From NCBI GenBank assembly GCA_963819945.1, contig CAWFYD010000004.1, positions 189,176-253,175 of the forward strand: a stretch of DNA of 64,000 bases, in the 5' to 3' direction. Shown here one piece after another: positions 43,744-53,324 of the stretch. This stretch comes from an uncultured Acidimicrobiia bacterium (GTDB lineage: Bacteria > Actinomycetota > Acidimicrobiia > IMCC26256 > JAENVU01). The notes below the pieces were generated by a model, which saw only the letters and a list, made by a program, of their open reading frames with translations, was not told the origin of the DNA and ran no database searches. Each line of letters starts with the position of its first letter. Within the stretch, counting starts at the first letter, position 1. Both the position numbers and the translations under genes were made by a program.

Positions 43744-43980
43744 TCAGCTACCGCCGTCGTCGCAGGCCTCGCACGGATCGGAGGTACCCATCGCGCCACC
43801 CGACGACGCAGGTGGTGCTCGTGATCGCCAGGGACTCGGGACCGATCGGCAGCAACGCTTCGAAGGTTTCGTAGAAGAACTGGAACGTGTTCGTCGCGTT
43901 CGAGGGTCGAAGTCGCGGACGATGCCGAGGTTGAGCTCGCCGCCGTCGAGGAACCCGAACGAACCGGGGAAGAACTCAGT
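43744..43980 (-). pseudogene. Probable C-terminal fragment of an actinophage major capsid protein
   Basis: After indel correction: FFPGSFGFLDGGELNLGIVRDSTLNATNTFQFFYETFEALLPIGPESLAITSTTC...; recognised from memory of the family, not from a search. Confidence 0.55.
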
Positions 43981-44029
43981 ACGCGGTGAACGTGGTCGGG
44001 AAGGGCCGTAGTGGATCGGCCGCCTGCCA

Positions 44030-44963
44030 AGGCTTGGTCGGAGCAGTGGCAAGCCGAGAGCGTGCACCTCAAGCCGAAGACCCGCGCCGGATACAAGTCG
44101 ATCCTCGAACAAGCACCTGCTCCCGAAGTGGGAGAACGCACGCATCGCCGACATCGACCGCCCGCGGTGAAGGCATGGGTCGCGGAACTGGTCGCGGACG
44201 GGATGGGCGCGGGCACGGTGAAGAACGTCGTGAACTGCATGAAGGCGTCATGGCCTCGGCGGTCGAAGGCGGCCGGATCAAGGTGAACCCGTGCGTCGGG
44301 GTCACGACTCCCCCACCCGGAGCACGCCGAGATGGTGTTCCTCACCGCGCGCAGGTGCTCGAGCTCGCGGCGGCGGTCGGACCGGAGCACTCGACGCTCG
44401 TCACGTTCGCCGCCTACACAGGTCTGCGGGCCGGTGAGATGCGCGGCGCTGCGATGGGAGCGGGTCGACCTCTCCGGGCCACGGTCGACGTGGTGGAGTC
44501 CTACGCCGAGGTTCACGGCAAGCTCGTCCTCGGCCCGACGAAGACGTACGCAGCGCCGGACGGTGCGACTCCCCCGGTTCCTCGCCGACCTGCTCGGCGA
44601 GCACCAGGCGCTCACCGGGCCGACCGGGCTCGTGTTCCGCGACAGTCAGGGCGGGCCGGTTCGGCACTCCAACTTCTACCGGCGCACGTTCAAGCCGGCC
44701 GTAGAGCGCGGCGGCCGCCAAGGGCACGATCCCGAAGGGTCTCCGCTTCCACGACCTGCGCCACACCTGCGTTGCCCTGCTCGTCGCTCAGGGAGCGCAC
44801 CCGATGGCGATCAAGGAACGGCTCGGGCACTAGCTCGATCACGGTCACGCTCGACCAGTACGGGCACCTGCATGCCGGCCATCGACGAGGCGCTCGCGGA
44901 GGGCCTCGACGGGACCTATCGCGAAGCTGTCCGCGGACTTTTCGCGGACTCCCCGCGGACTAG
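44030..44963 (+). pseudogene. 5'-truncated tyrosine integrase
   Basis: AAYTGLRAGE, RFHDLRHT, ERLGHSSITVTLDQYGH; lacks the N-terminal region present in the 49289 integrase. Confidence 0.85.
44932..44961. repeat. Three CGCGGACT direct repeats with 11-bp period, candidate integrase arm-type sites
   Basis: Copies at 44932, 44943 and 44954; related copies at 45173/45184 (CGCGGCCT) and 50367-50397. Confidence 0.65.
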
Positions 44964-45018
44964 AGCCGGTCACCGCGCCTCCGATGACCGGCTCCTAGGT
45001 CGCTGACCTGCACTTTTA

Positions 45019-45063
45019 TGGTCGGGCTGCCGGGACTCGAACCCGGGACCTTCGGTCCCCCAG
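45019..45063 (-). repeat. att site: 45-bp copy of the tRNA-Pro 3' end
   Basis: Identical to 50455-50499; preceded by CTGACCTGCACTTTT, as at 50439. Confidence 0.95.
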
Positions 45064-45365
45064 GTCCCTCGAGGCCGGATCCGCCACCTGCCCCGATGCC
45101 CGAAAACGAGGCCTGACCAGCGGAAACACTGTTCAGCAGTTTTCGGCGGTTTGCCACCGTTTTTGAACCTCCCGCGGCCTGGCCGCGGCCTGGGAGGGCG
45201 TCGTCGCGCCGCCCTGACCGCGACGTTCGCCGACTCAAGTCGGCTCAGCTCCCGCTCGGGAAGTGTCGGTCTCGATTCCCCGAGCGGCTCGCCGCGTCGC
45301 AGCGCGGGTCCGTTGATCTGTTCGCTCCCGTCCCGTAGCGCGGCGCGCCCCTACCAGGGCAACAT

Positions 45366-46249
45366 GTGCGGGTGCGGGAGACGCGGAGCTGTTGGAGCTT
45401 CGCGACGGGCGCGACTTGTCGTGGATGGAGTACTGGACGCGCTGACGGGGTAGCGGTCATCGCGTTCCATGGTTCTCCGGGAACAGGCAGCTTCTTTGCG
45501 CCGCAGTCGGACACCGCGGCGGGCAGGGGGGTGCGGCTGATTGCGCCCGACCGCCCGGGTTATGGGCACAGCACTTTCCATCCGCGCGCAGCTATGAGAC
45601 GTGGACACGCGATGTTGCACAGTTGGCGGATTACCTCGGCATTGATCGGTTTTCCGTGGTCGGACATTCGAGCGGGGGACCGAACGCGGCGGCATGCGCG
45701 CGATGGTTGAGCGATCGGCTGGTGGGTTGCGCGATCGTGAGCGGATGGGCCCCCCCTGAGGCGCACATCTCCAAAGAGGGCATGGCGCGTGCGTACCAGA
45801 TCGGGCAGCGCCTCTCATTGGTGGCTCCCCGGCTCATGGGGGTGTCGTCCCAAGCTGGGCTACGGCAAGGACAACACGCGCCCGATCAGGCGATCAGATG
45901 GATGCGCCGCAGACTCCCTGTGTGCGATGTAGTGGTAACTGAACGCAGCGACATCGCTCTCGCCATTCGAGCCGACGTCACTCGGCCCATTTCGGCGACC
46001 GAGGGCCGCGCCAGCGTGCAGGACGTCACGCTCGAACGGCGACCCTGGGGATTTCGCCTCGAAGACATCAAGATCTCCGTGCATGTATGGCACGGCAATG
46101 CTGACCGAAACGTGCTCATCGCCAACGGCACATACCAGGCGGACACAATACCTGATGCCACCTTCCATGACGTGCCTGACGAAGGACACTGGCTGATCTT
46201 CAACCACTTCACCGAGATCCTCGACGCCGCGATCGCAGCGCGCCCATAA
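45366..46249 (+). CDS. Alpha/beta hydrolase (cargo), frameshifted near 45590
   Basis: FHGSPG, APDRPGYGHS, GHSSGG nucleophile elbow, WHGNAD, EGH; visibly more A/T at third positions. Confidence 0.88.
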
Positions 46250-46276
46250 CTCGCCCCGCTGAGCTGCCGGAGGTCG

Positions 46277-48822
46277 CTACCAGCCGAGGTCGATGCCGTC
46301 GTCGTTTTCGGGCACGTCCTGGCCGGGGACGTCCGGGCCGTGCCGGTCGAGCGTCGCGGGGAGGGCGATCCGCGCGGGAGTACTACCGCTGAGCCGGGCG
46401 GTCGCGAGTTCTTGGCGTTCGCTGCGCCACAGGGCGGCGCGGATGCCGTCGATCGGGTCGTCGTGCTCGATGGCGCCGTGGTGGTCGACGTCGGCCTCGT
46501 CGTCGGCGGTGACGTAGAGGCGGTTCTCGTAGCGGCCGCGGGAGAGGGCGGTGTAGCCGGCTTCGGCGTACAGGTCGTCGGTGCCGAGGACGTAGGCGCG
46601 GTCGCAGGTGAGGCCTTGGGCTTTGTGGACGGTCATCGCGTAGGCGTGGTCGACGTGACCGGCTTCGAGGTACGCGTCGGGCACCAGTCGCGGTCGGTCT
46701 TCGCCGTCGAAGTGGACGAGGAACCCGTCGAGCTCGCAGCTGGTGATGGTGCCGCGCTGGCCGTTGATGAGCCGATGGCGGGAGTCGTTGTGGAGGGTGA
46801 GGATCCGATCCCCGACCGCGTACGGGCGGTCGAGGACATGGATCGGCCAGTCGTCCACGACCCGTTCGGCGACGAGGACGGCGCGGGCGGTGTCGTTGAG
46901 CGCGGTGACGTCGCTGCGGTGGAGGGCGAGCATGATCGCGTCTTCACCCCGGCGGGTCGCGGCCCACCAGTCCGCGACGATCTGTTCGAGCGCGACCTTC
47001 GCGGTCGGGGGTCTCGATGATGTGGCCGTGTTCGGCGAGCCGTTCGATCGCCTCGTCGACCTGGCCGGCGCGGAGCTCGGCGAGGGCCTGCCGTTCGACC
47101 GGGTCCTGTTGGCGGCGGTTCTCGACGAGCTCGACCGCGCCGAGCCGTTCGGCGAGGCCGGTGAACACGCCGCCGGCTTCGATCTCGGGGAGCTGGCACG
47201 GATCACCGACCAGCACGACCTTGGCGCCGGGCCTGGTGGGCGTGGTCGAGGAGCCGGGCGAGTTTGCGGGTGCCGATCATCGCGGCCTCATCCGCGACCA
47301 CGACGGTCCGGCTCGTGAGTCTCGGGATGTCGGGCCGGTCGAGGTCGATCAGGAGCCGGTCGAGGGTGACCGAGGGGATCTGGCTGTCGTCTTGGAGCTG
47401 GCGGGCGGCCCGGGCGGCGAGCGCGCAGCCGATGACCGTGTACCCGGCGTCGTCCCAGGCGTCGCGTGCCGCGGCGAGGGCGTGGGTCTTGCCCGAACCC
47501 GGCCGCGCCGACCACGACCGCGATCGGGGCGCCGTCGGTGGTGAGCGTCTCGACCATCACGCGCTGCTCGTCGGACAGTTCCGGGTGCGCGAACAGGGTC
47601 GACCTCCGGGTCGGGGACCACGCCCCGCTCCTCGTCGCCACGTGCTCTCGGCTTGGTCGAGGATCCGGGCTTCGAGCGCGAGCAGCTCCGGGGTCGAGTA
47701 GCAGAGCCCGAACCGGCCGACCCCGAGCGGCACGACCCCGGGCCCGGCGAGCAGCCGGTCGGCTTGCGGCCTCGAGCTCGGCGACGGTCGCGCCGGTCGT
47801 GGGCGTGGCCGGCGAGGGCTTGGAGGACGTGACGGCGATCGAACGTCGAACGGTGTTCGGTCAGCTCGGCACAGACCTCCGTGACAGACACCCGGGAAGG
47901 GTCGAACAACCCGCCAAGCATGTCGGCTTCGCGGGCGAGGTTCGGCGTGCAGCACCGTGGTCGTGAAGCCGAGCGCTCCCGCGCGGTCGACCCAGTCGTC
48001 GTGCATCGACCACGCATCAACGTCCGGGGTCTTGGCGGGTCGGGTCCGCAACGTCGCCGCACGCGCCTCGCGGGTGTCGCGTCGGGTCCGAGCGCGGCTT
48101 CGATCTGCGCGCGCCGGCGGGAGAACTCGCGGCGCACCTCGACGGGTACGGCGGTCAGGTCGCCGGTGCCCTTCACCGTCCGTTCCCAACCGGCGTCCAG
48201 ACGAGCGGAAAGGCCTGCGCGCAGCTCCGCCTGGTACAGGAACCCGGCGGTGCGGGCCTGGCCGTAGAGGTGGCGGGCATCCAACGCCGACCACCGACCA
48301 TCCGGGCCCTGCGCCGCGTTCGCGACCACCACATGGGTATGGAGCTGCGGGTCACCGGCCCGGCTCGTGCGATGCCGGAACGCCGCACCCACCAGCCCGC
48401 CACCGACGAGGCGTTCCGCGCCGTTGTGGCCACGGCGCACGAACACCGCCTCCCGCTCGAGATAGCCGACCGCCGACGCGATCGCTTCCTCGTGCGCGGC
48501 GACGATCTCCCGGGCGAGCTCCGGACCGCCGAGCGCCCACGCGACCGACACCGACTTCGGCGCCGAGAACGTCAGATCCAACGCCGGCACGCGACGGTTC
48601 GGTCTGCCCAGTGCGCTCCCGTCCAGCGGGTTCACGCCGTTGCAGCAGCGCGACGAACGCGTCGTCGCTCACCGCGCCGTCGAGGTCGAGCTGCGCGGCG
48701 CCCGTGCCGATCCAGTAGCCGGGGACTTCGCCGGCGCCGAGGTAGTACTCCTCGGCGCCGTGCGCGACCGCGTCGAGGTAGTAGCCCTCCTGGCCCGCAG
48801 CGAGCTTCCCGATCGACAACAC
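46277..48822 (-). CDS. MOBF (TrwC/TraA-type) relaxase-helicase, frameshifted
   Basis: MLSIGKL..GYYL..EEYYLGAGEVPGYWIG, DLTFSAPKSVS, HRTSRAGDPQLHTH (HUH), Walker A VVGAAG.GKT, LVGD..QL, YAMTVHKAQG, YTALSRGR. Confidence 0.95.
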
Positions 48823-48951
48823 ACCCTCGCTATGCGCGTCGACGCACCCGGAACGCGACAACCCCGCATCACGATGCAAATGCGTGGATCTCATCGGGGT
48901 CGTGGTCGCAGCGTCGCGAAACGACGAGTTGCAATGCGCATAGACGAATCC
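48823..48951. promoter_or_regulatory. Divergent relaxase/excisionase intergenic region, candidate oriT
   Basis: Hairpin GCATC-AC-GATGC (48866-48877) next to GGGGTTGT on the minus strand; flanking inverted CTATGCGC (48830) / GCGCATAG (48936). Confidence 0.45.
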
Positions 48952-49227
48952 ATGACTCATGATGAGAAGCAGCAAGTTCATCGAAGGCGCGAAGGTTGTC
49001 AGGAGGTCGCGCGCGCAGAGAACAAGGGTGGCGGGCTCGCGGCAGGTGCCCTGCCGGAGCTGCTCAGCCCGGATGAGCTGTCGATGTACCTGGGGATCCC
49101 GCTGGCAACGGTCTACGGTTGGCGGACCCGTGGGGAGGGACCGCCCGGAGTGCGGATCGGGCGCCATGTTCGCTATCGAGCCGAAGACGTTCTCGGCTGG
49201 CTCGACGGCCTCGGTGCTCACCAATGA
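48952..49227 (+). CDS. Excisionase-like helix-turn-helix protein
   Basis: LLSPDELSMYLGIPLATVYGWRTRGEGPPGVRIGRHVRYRAEDVLGWL; directly upstream of the integrase. Confidence 0.9.
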   Translation: MTHDEKQQVHRRREGCQEVARAENKGGGLAAGALPELLSPDELSMYLGIPLATVYGWRTRGEGPPGVRIGRHVRYRAEDVLGWLDGLGAHQ

Positions 49228-49288
49228 CTCGGCACGTTGCGATGCGGAGTCGGGCGGGCGGAGATCAGCTTGAGCAAGGAGGCGAACG

Positions 49289-50442
49289 TTGGCCCACGTT
49301 GAGCGGCGGGGTCCGCGTCGGTGGCGGGCTCGCTACCGCGGGCCGGACGGCGACGAGCGATCCAAGACCTTCGCTCGCCGCCACGACGCGGAGACATGGT
49401 TGGCGACCGTCGAGACCGCGAGGATGCGCGGCGATTGGATCGACCCGTCGGCGGCGCGCCTGGACGTTCCGTGACTGGGCACCGCAGTGGCTGAGCGAGT
49501 CCGTCCATCTCAAGCCGTCGACGATCGCGAGTTACGAATCGATTCTCGAATGTCACCTGCTCCCCCGCTGGGGAAACGTGGCGCTCGGTCGCATCGAGCG
49601 CCCCGCGGTACGGAGCTGGGTCACGAAGCTCTCCGCGGAGGGCATGGGCGCGGGCACCCTCAAGAACGTGGTCAACACGTTCAAGGCGGCGCTGAGTGCG
49701 GCCGTCGAGGCCGGTCTCATCATCGTGAGCCCGGCGGCAAGGGTCAGGCTCCCGCATCCGGTCCGAGCGGAGAAGACGTTCCTCACCGCGGAGGAGGTCG
49801 GCCGCCTCGCGGCCGCGGCGCCGACCGAGTATCGAACCCTGATTCTCTTCGCCGCGTACTCCGGCCTGCGGGCCGGTGAGATCGCGGCGCTCCGTTGGGA
49901 ACGGGTCGACCTCCGCGGGCGACGGTCGAGGTCGTGGAGTCCTACGCCGAGGTTCACGGCGAGCTCGTGCTCGGCCCGACCAAGACCTACTGCCGCCGCA
50001 TGGTGCGACTCCCCCGCTTCCTCGTGCGAGCTCCTCGGCGAGCACCAGGCGCTCACCGGGCCGACCGGGCTCGTGTTCCGCGACAGCCACGGCGGACCGC
50101 ATCGTCACTCGAACTTCTACCGCCGGATCTTCCAGCCGGCCGTCGGGCGGCGGCCGCGCGGGCGCGATCCCGAAGGCTCCGCGCTTCCACGACCTACGGC
50201 ACACGTGCGTCGGCGCTGCTCATCGCCCAGGGGCGCACCCAATGGCGATCAAGGAACGGCTCGGCCATAGCTCGATCACGGTCACGCTCGACCAGTACGG
50301 GCACCTGTTCCCCGCCATCGACGAGGCCTCGCGGACGGGCTCGACAGCACCTACCGCGAAGCGCGTTGCGGATTTTTCCGCGGACTCGTCGCGGCTCGAG
50401 CCGGTCGCCGAGCTCTCGGTGAGCCGGCTCGTAGGTCTCTGA
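49289..50442 (+). CDS. Tyrosine recombinase (phage integrase family), frameshifted
   Basis: AGGAGG SD; RWRARYRGPDG.ERSKTF N-terminal domain; AAYSGLRAGE, RFHDLRHT, RLGHSSITVTLDQYGH. Confidence 0.95.
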
Positions 50443-50454
50443 CCTGCACTTTTG

Positions 50455-50532
50455 TGGTCGGGCTGCCGGGACTCGAACCCGGGACCTTCGGTCCCCCAGA
50501 CCGACGCGCTAACCAAGCTGCGCCACAGCCCG
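50455..50532 (-). tRNA. tRNA-Pro(GGG)
   Basis: 78-nt cloverleaf: CGGGCTG/CAGCCCG acceptor stem, anticodon arm TCGGT-CTGGGGG-ACCGA, TTCGAGT T-loop, encoded CCA; TAGACT -10 at 50544-50549. Confidence 0.97.
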
Positions 50533-50586
50533 CTGAGCGGCTGAGTCTACGCAGGCGCGTTCCGCCCGGCTTCGCTCTGGGCGGCA

Positions 50587-50817
50587 TCAGCCGACGACCC
50601 AGACGATCCCCTGGTAGAGGCGGTACCCGAGGTAGACCGCGACCCCGCCGGCCAGGACCTTGAGGTGCCACGGGATCGGCGGGAGCGGCTCCTCGGCCGC
50701 TTCGGTCTTCGTCCCCGCCGCACCGGGATCGACCGCTCGGCCACACGTGGGACACGTCCCGTCCGGGTTCACCGTCGACGGCGAGAGGAACCGGTCGCAG
50801 TCCGTGCACCAGGGCAC
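50587..50817 (-). CDS. Small zinc-ribbon membrane protein
   Basis: WCTDC...CPTCG plus a C-terminal TM segment (PWHLKVL...YLGYRLYQG). Confidence 0.75.
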   Translation of the reverse strand: MPWCTDCDRFLSPSTVNPDGTCPTCGRAVDPGAAGTKTEAAEEPLPPIPWHLKVLAGGVAVYLGYRLYQGIVWVVG

Positions 50818-50827
50818 TGGGTGACCT

Positions 50828-52359
50828 CTAGACCGGAGGGACGCCGTGGCGGCGCGGGAAGTCTTCCCGGCGACGGGTGCGGGCGAGCGCGTACCGCTGC
50901 ACGAGCTCCACCCGCAGATCCTCGGGTTGCACCACCGCGTCGACGACGAGCTCGGCGGCGAGATGCACGAGGTCGACGTCCTCTTCGTACTCCGCCCGGC
51001 GCGCGGCCACGAACGCGGCGCGCTCGTCCGGGTCTTCGATCGCCTGGATCTTGTTGAAGAACACCGCGTTCACCGCGGGCTCCGGACCCATCACCGCGAT
51101 CTGCGCGCTCGGCAGCGCGAGGCACGCGTCGGGATCGAACGCCGGTCCGCACATCGCGTACAACCCCGCGCCGTACGCCTTGCGCACGATCACGCTGATC
51201 TTCGGCACCGTCGCCTCGGCCACCGCGGTGATCATCTTCGCCCCGTGGCGGATGATCCCCTCCCGCTCGACCTGGGTCCCGATCATGAAGCCGGGCACGT
51301 CGGCGAGGAACAGCAGCGGAACGTTGAACGCGTCGCAGAGCCAGATGAACCGGGCCGCCTTGTCCGCGCTGTTCACGAACAGCACGCCACCGAGGTGCAT
51401 CGGGTTGTTGGCGATGATCCCGACCGGCCGGCCGTCGAGGCGGGCGAAGCCGATCACCAGCTCCTTGGCGAAGAGCGGCTTCACCTCGAAGAACGACTCC
51501 TCGTCGACGATCGCGTCGATCACCTTGTGCATGTCGTACGCGCGGCGCTCCTCGACCGGGACCGTCGTGGCGATGGCCGGGGCGGTCGGCCGCGGCGGGT
51601 GCGCAGTCGCGACGGGGCCGGCTCCTGCCAGGAGCGTGGAAGGTAGGACAGCCAGCGCTTCGCGGCGTCGACTGCCGCGTCGTCGTCGGCCACGAGGTTG
51701 TCGCCGCAGCCGCTCACCGTGGCGTGCATGCGCGGCGCCGCCCATCTCCTCGAGCGTCGCGTCCTCGCTGATGACCTCCTGCGCCATGCGCGGCGAGCCG
51801 AGGTACATCGACGCGTTCGCCTCGACCATGAACACCACGTCGCAGAACGCCGGGATGTACGCACCACCGGCGGCCGACGGGCCGAACAGGCAGCACACCT
51901 GCGGTACCCGACCGGAGAGGCGCACCTGGTTGGCGAAGATCCGGCCCGCGCCACGACGACCCGGGAACAGCTCCACCTGATCCGTGATGCGCGCGCCGGC
52001 GGAGTCGACGAGGTAGACGACCGGCAGCTCGAGTCGCAGCGCGGTCTCGGTGAGCCGCACGATCTTCTCGACCGTGCGCGCGCCCCACGAGCCCGCCTTC
52101 ACCGTCGGGTCGTTCGCCATCACGCAGACCGGGCGGCCGTCGATCTCGCCGATCCCCGTGACCACGCCGTCGGCGGGCAGGTCCGTCGGCGAGCGCGTTG
52201 GCGAGCAGGCCGTCTTCGACGAACGATCCGGGGTCGAGCAGGCGGGCGAGCCGGTCGCGCACGAACCGCTTGTTCTGGCCCGGCCAGCTTCTCGCGGTCC
52301 TTCTCCAGGTTCCCCTGCAGCGCGCGGTCGCTGTGCTTGCGCACCGCTTCGGCGCTCAT
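50828..52359 (-). CDS. Acyl-CoA carboxylase beta (carboxyltransferase) subunit, frameshifted
   Basis: ANDPTVKAGSWG, VDSAGARITDQ, GPSAAGGAY, DVPGFMIG, RKAYGAGLYAM, HGVPPV. Confidence 0.93.
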
Positions 52360-53285
52360 GAGTGGCTCGCTTCCGCCGCGAGTTCGGGTGCGCGGACCCG
52401 ATCGCATCACCTGGCCGGGCAGCTCCCGACCCACCAGCTCCTGGGCGAGATGCGCGCAGCCGATCAACGCCTCGAGGTCGACGCCGGTGTCGATCTCCAT
52501 GTCCTCGAGCATGTGCACGAGGTCCTCGGTGACGACGTTGCCCGTCGCGCCCGGCGCGTACGGGCACCCGCCGAGGCCGCCGATCGACGCGTCGAAGCGG
52601 TGCACACCGCGGCCCAGCGCCGTCACCACGTTCGCCAGCCCGGTCCCCCGCGTGTTGTGGAAGTGCAGCCCGACGCTGTCGCTCGGGATGCCGAGCCGCT
52701 CGAGCTCGTCGAGCAACACTTCACGCGCTTCGGCGTGGCCATCCCGGTCGTGTCGCCGAACGAGATGCCGTCCGCGCCGCCGTCGAGCAAGCGCTTCGCC
52801 ACCGCCGCGACCTCCGCGGGCGCGACGTCGCCCTCGTACGGGCAGCCGAACGCGGTGGACACGATCGCGTCGACCGGCCGGCCCTCGTCGTGCGCCATGC
52901 CGATGAGCACCTTGGCGCCGTCGAGCGACTCGTCGACGGCCCGCTTCACGTTGCGCAGGTTGTGGGTCTCCGACGCGCTGACCACCACCTCGAGCTCGTC
53001 GGCCCCGGCGGCGAGCGCCCGCTCGGCACCGCGCTCGTTCGGGACCAGGGCGCGGTAGACGACGCCCGGCGCCCGCTTGATCTGGGCCATGACCTCCTCG
53101 GCCCCGGCCATCGGCGGGATCGCCTTGGCCGAGACGAACGACGCCGCCTCGATCTGGCGGAGCCCGGTCTCGCTCAGCGCGTCGATCAGGCAGACCCGCT
53201 CCGCGACCGAGATCGGCTCCTCGTTCTGGAGCCCGTCACGCGGGCCCACCTCGCAGATCTCGACCGAGGTGGGGAAGCTGGACAT
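52356..53285 (-). CDS. Hydroxymethylglutaryl-CoA lyase, frameshifted
   Basis: EVGPRDGLQNE, TAFGCPYEG, GDTTGMATP, HFHNTRG, GGLGGCPYAPGATGNV. Confidence 0.95.
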
Positions 53286-53324
53286 CAGCCGTCCAATCTA
53301 CCGGGGTCGCCGCAGGGTGCCCGG

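Larger units (their letters stand above)
41241..45063. mobile_element. Decayed integrated element B (probable prophage remnant) between two tRNA-Pro att copies
   Basis: Flanking att repeats; 5'-truncated tyrosine integrase next to the att; capsid-like fragment; cargo genes. Confidence 0.8.
45019..50499. mobile_element. Integrative mobilizable element A (integrase, excisionase, MOBF relaxase, one cargo gene) in tRNA-Pro
   Basis: 45-bp att direct repeats, full-length integrase, excisionase and TrwC-type relaxase; no T4SS or coupling protein. Confidence 0.9.

Noticed and set aside
44828-44834. In-frame TAG in integrase B as stop-codon recoding
   Set aside because: Comparison with integrase A (GGCCATAGC versus GGGCACTAGC) shows a one-base insertion
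41241-45063. Extra tRNA-Pro genes at 41241 and 45019
   Set aside because: Only 45-50 nt of the 3' end is present, with no D-arm or 5' acceptor strand; these are att repeats
41241-50532. CRISPR-like array from the repeated 45-50-mers
   Set aside because: Copies are kilobases apart and tRNA-derived; no cas genes or regularly spaced repeats were seen in the window
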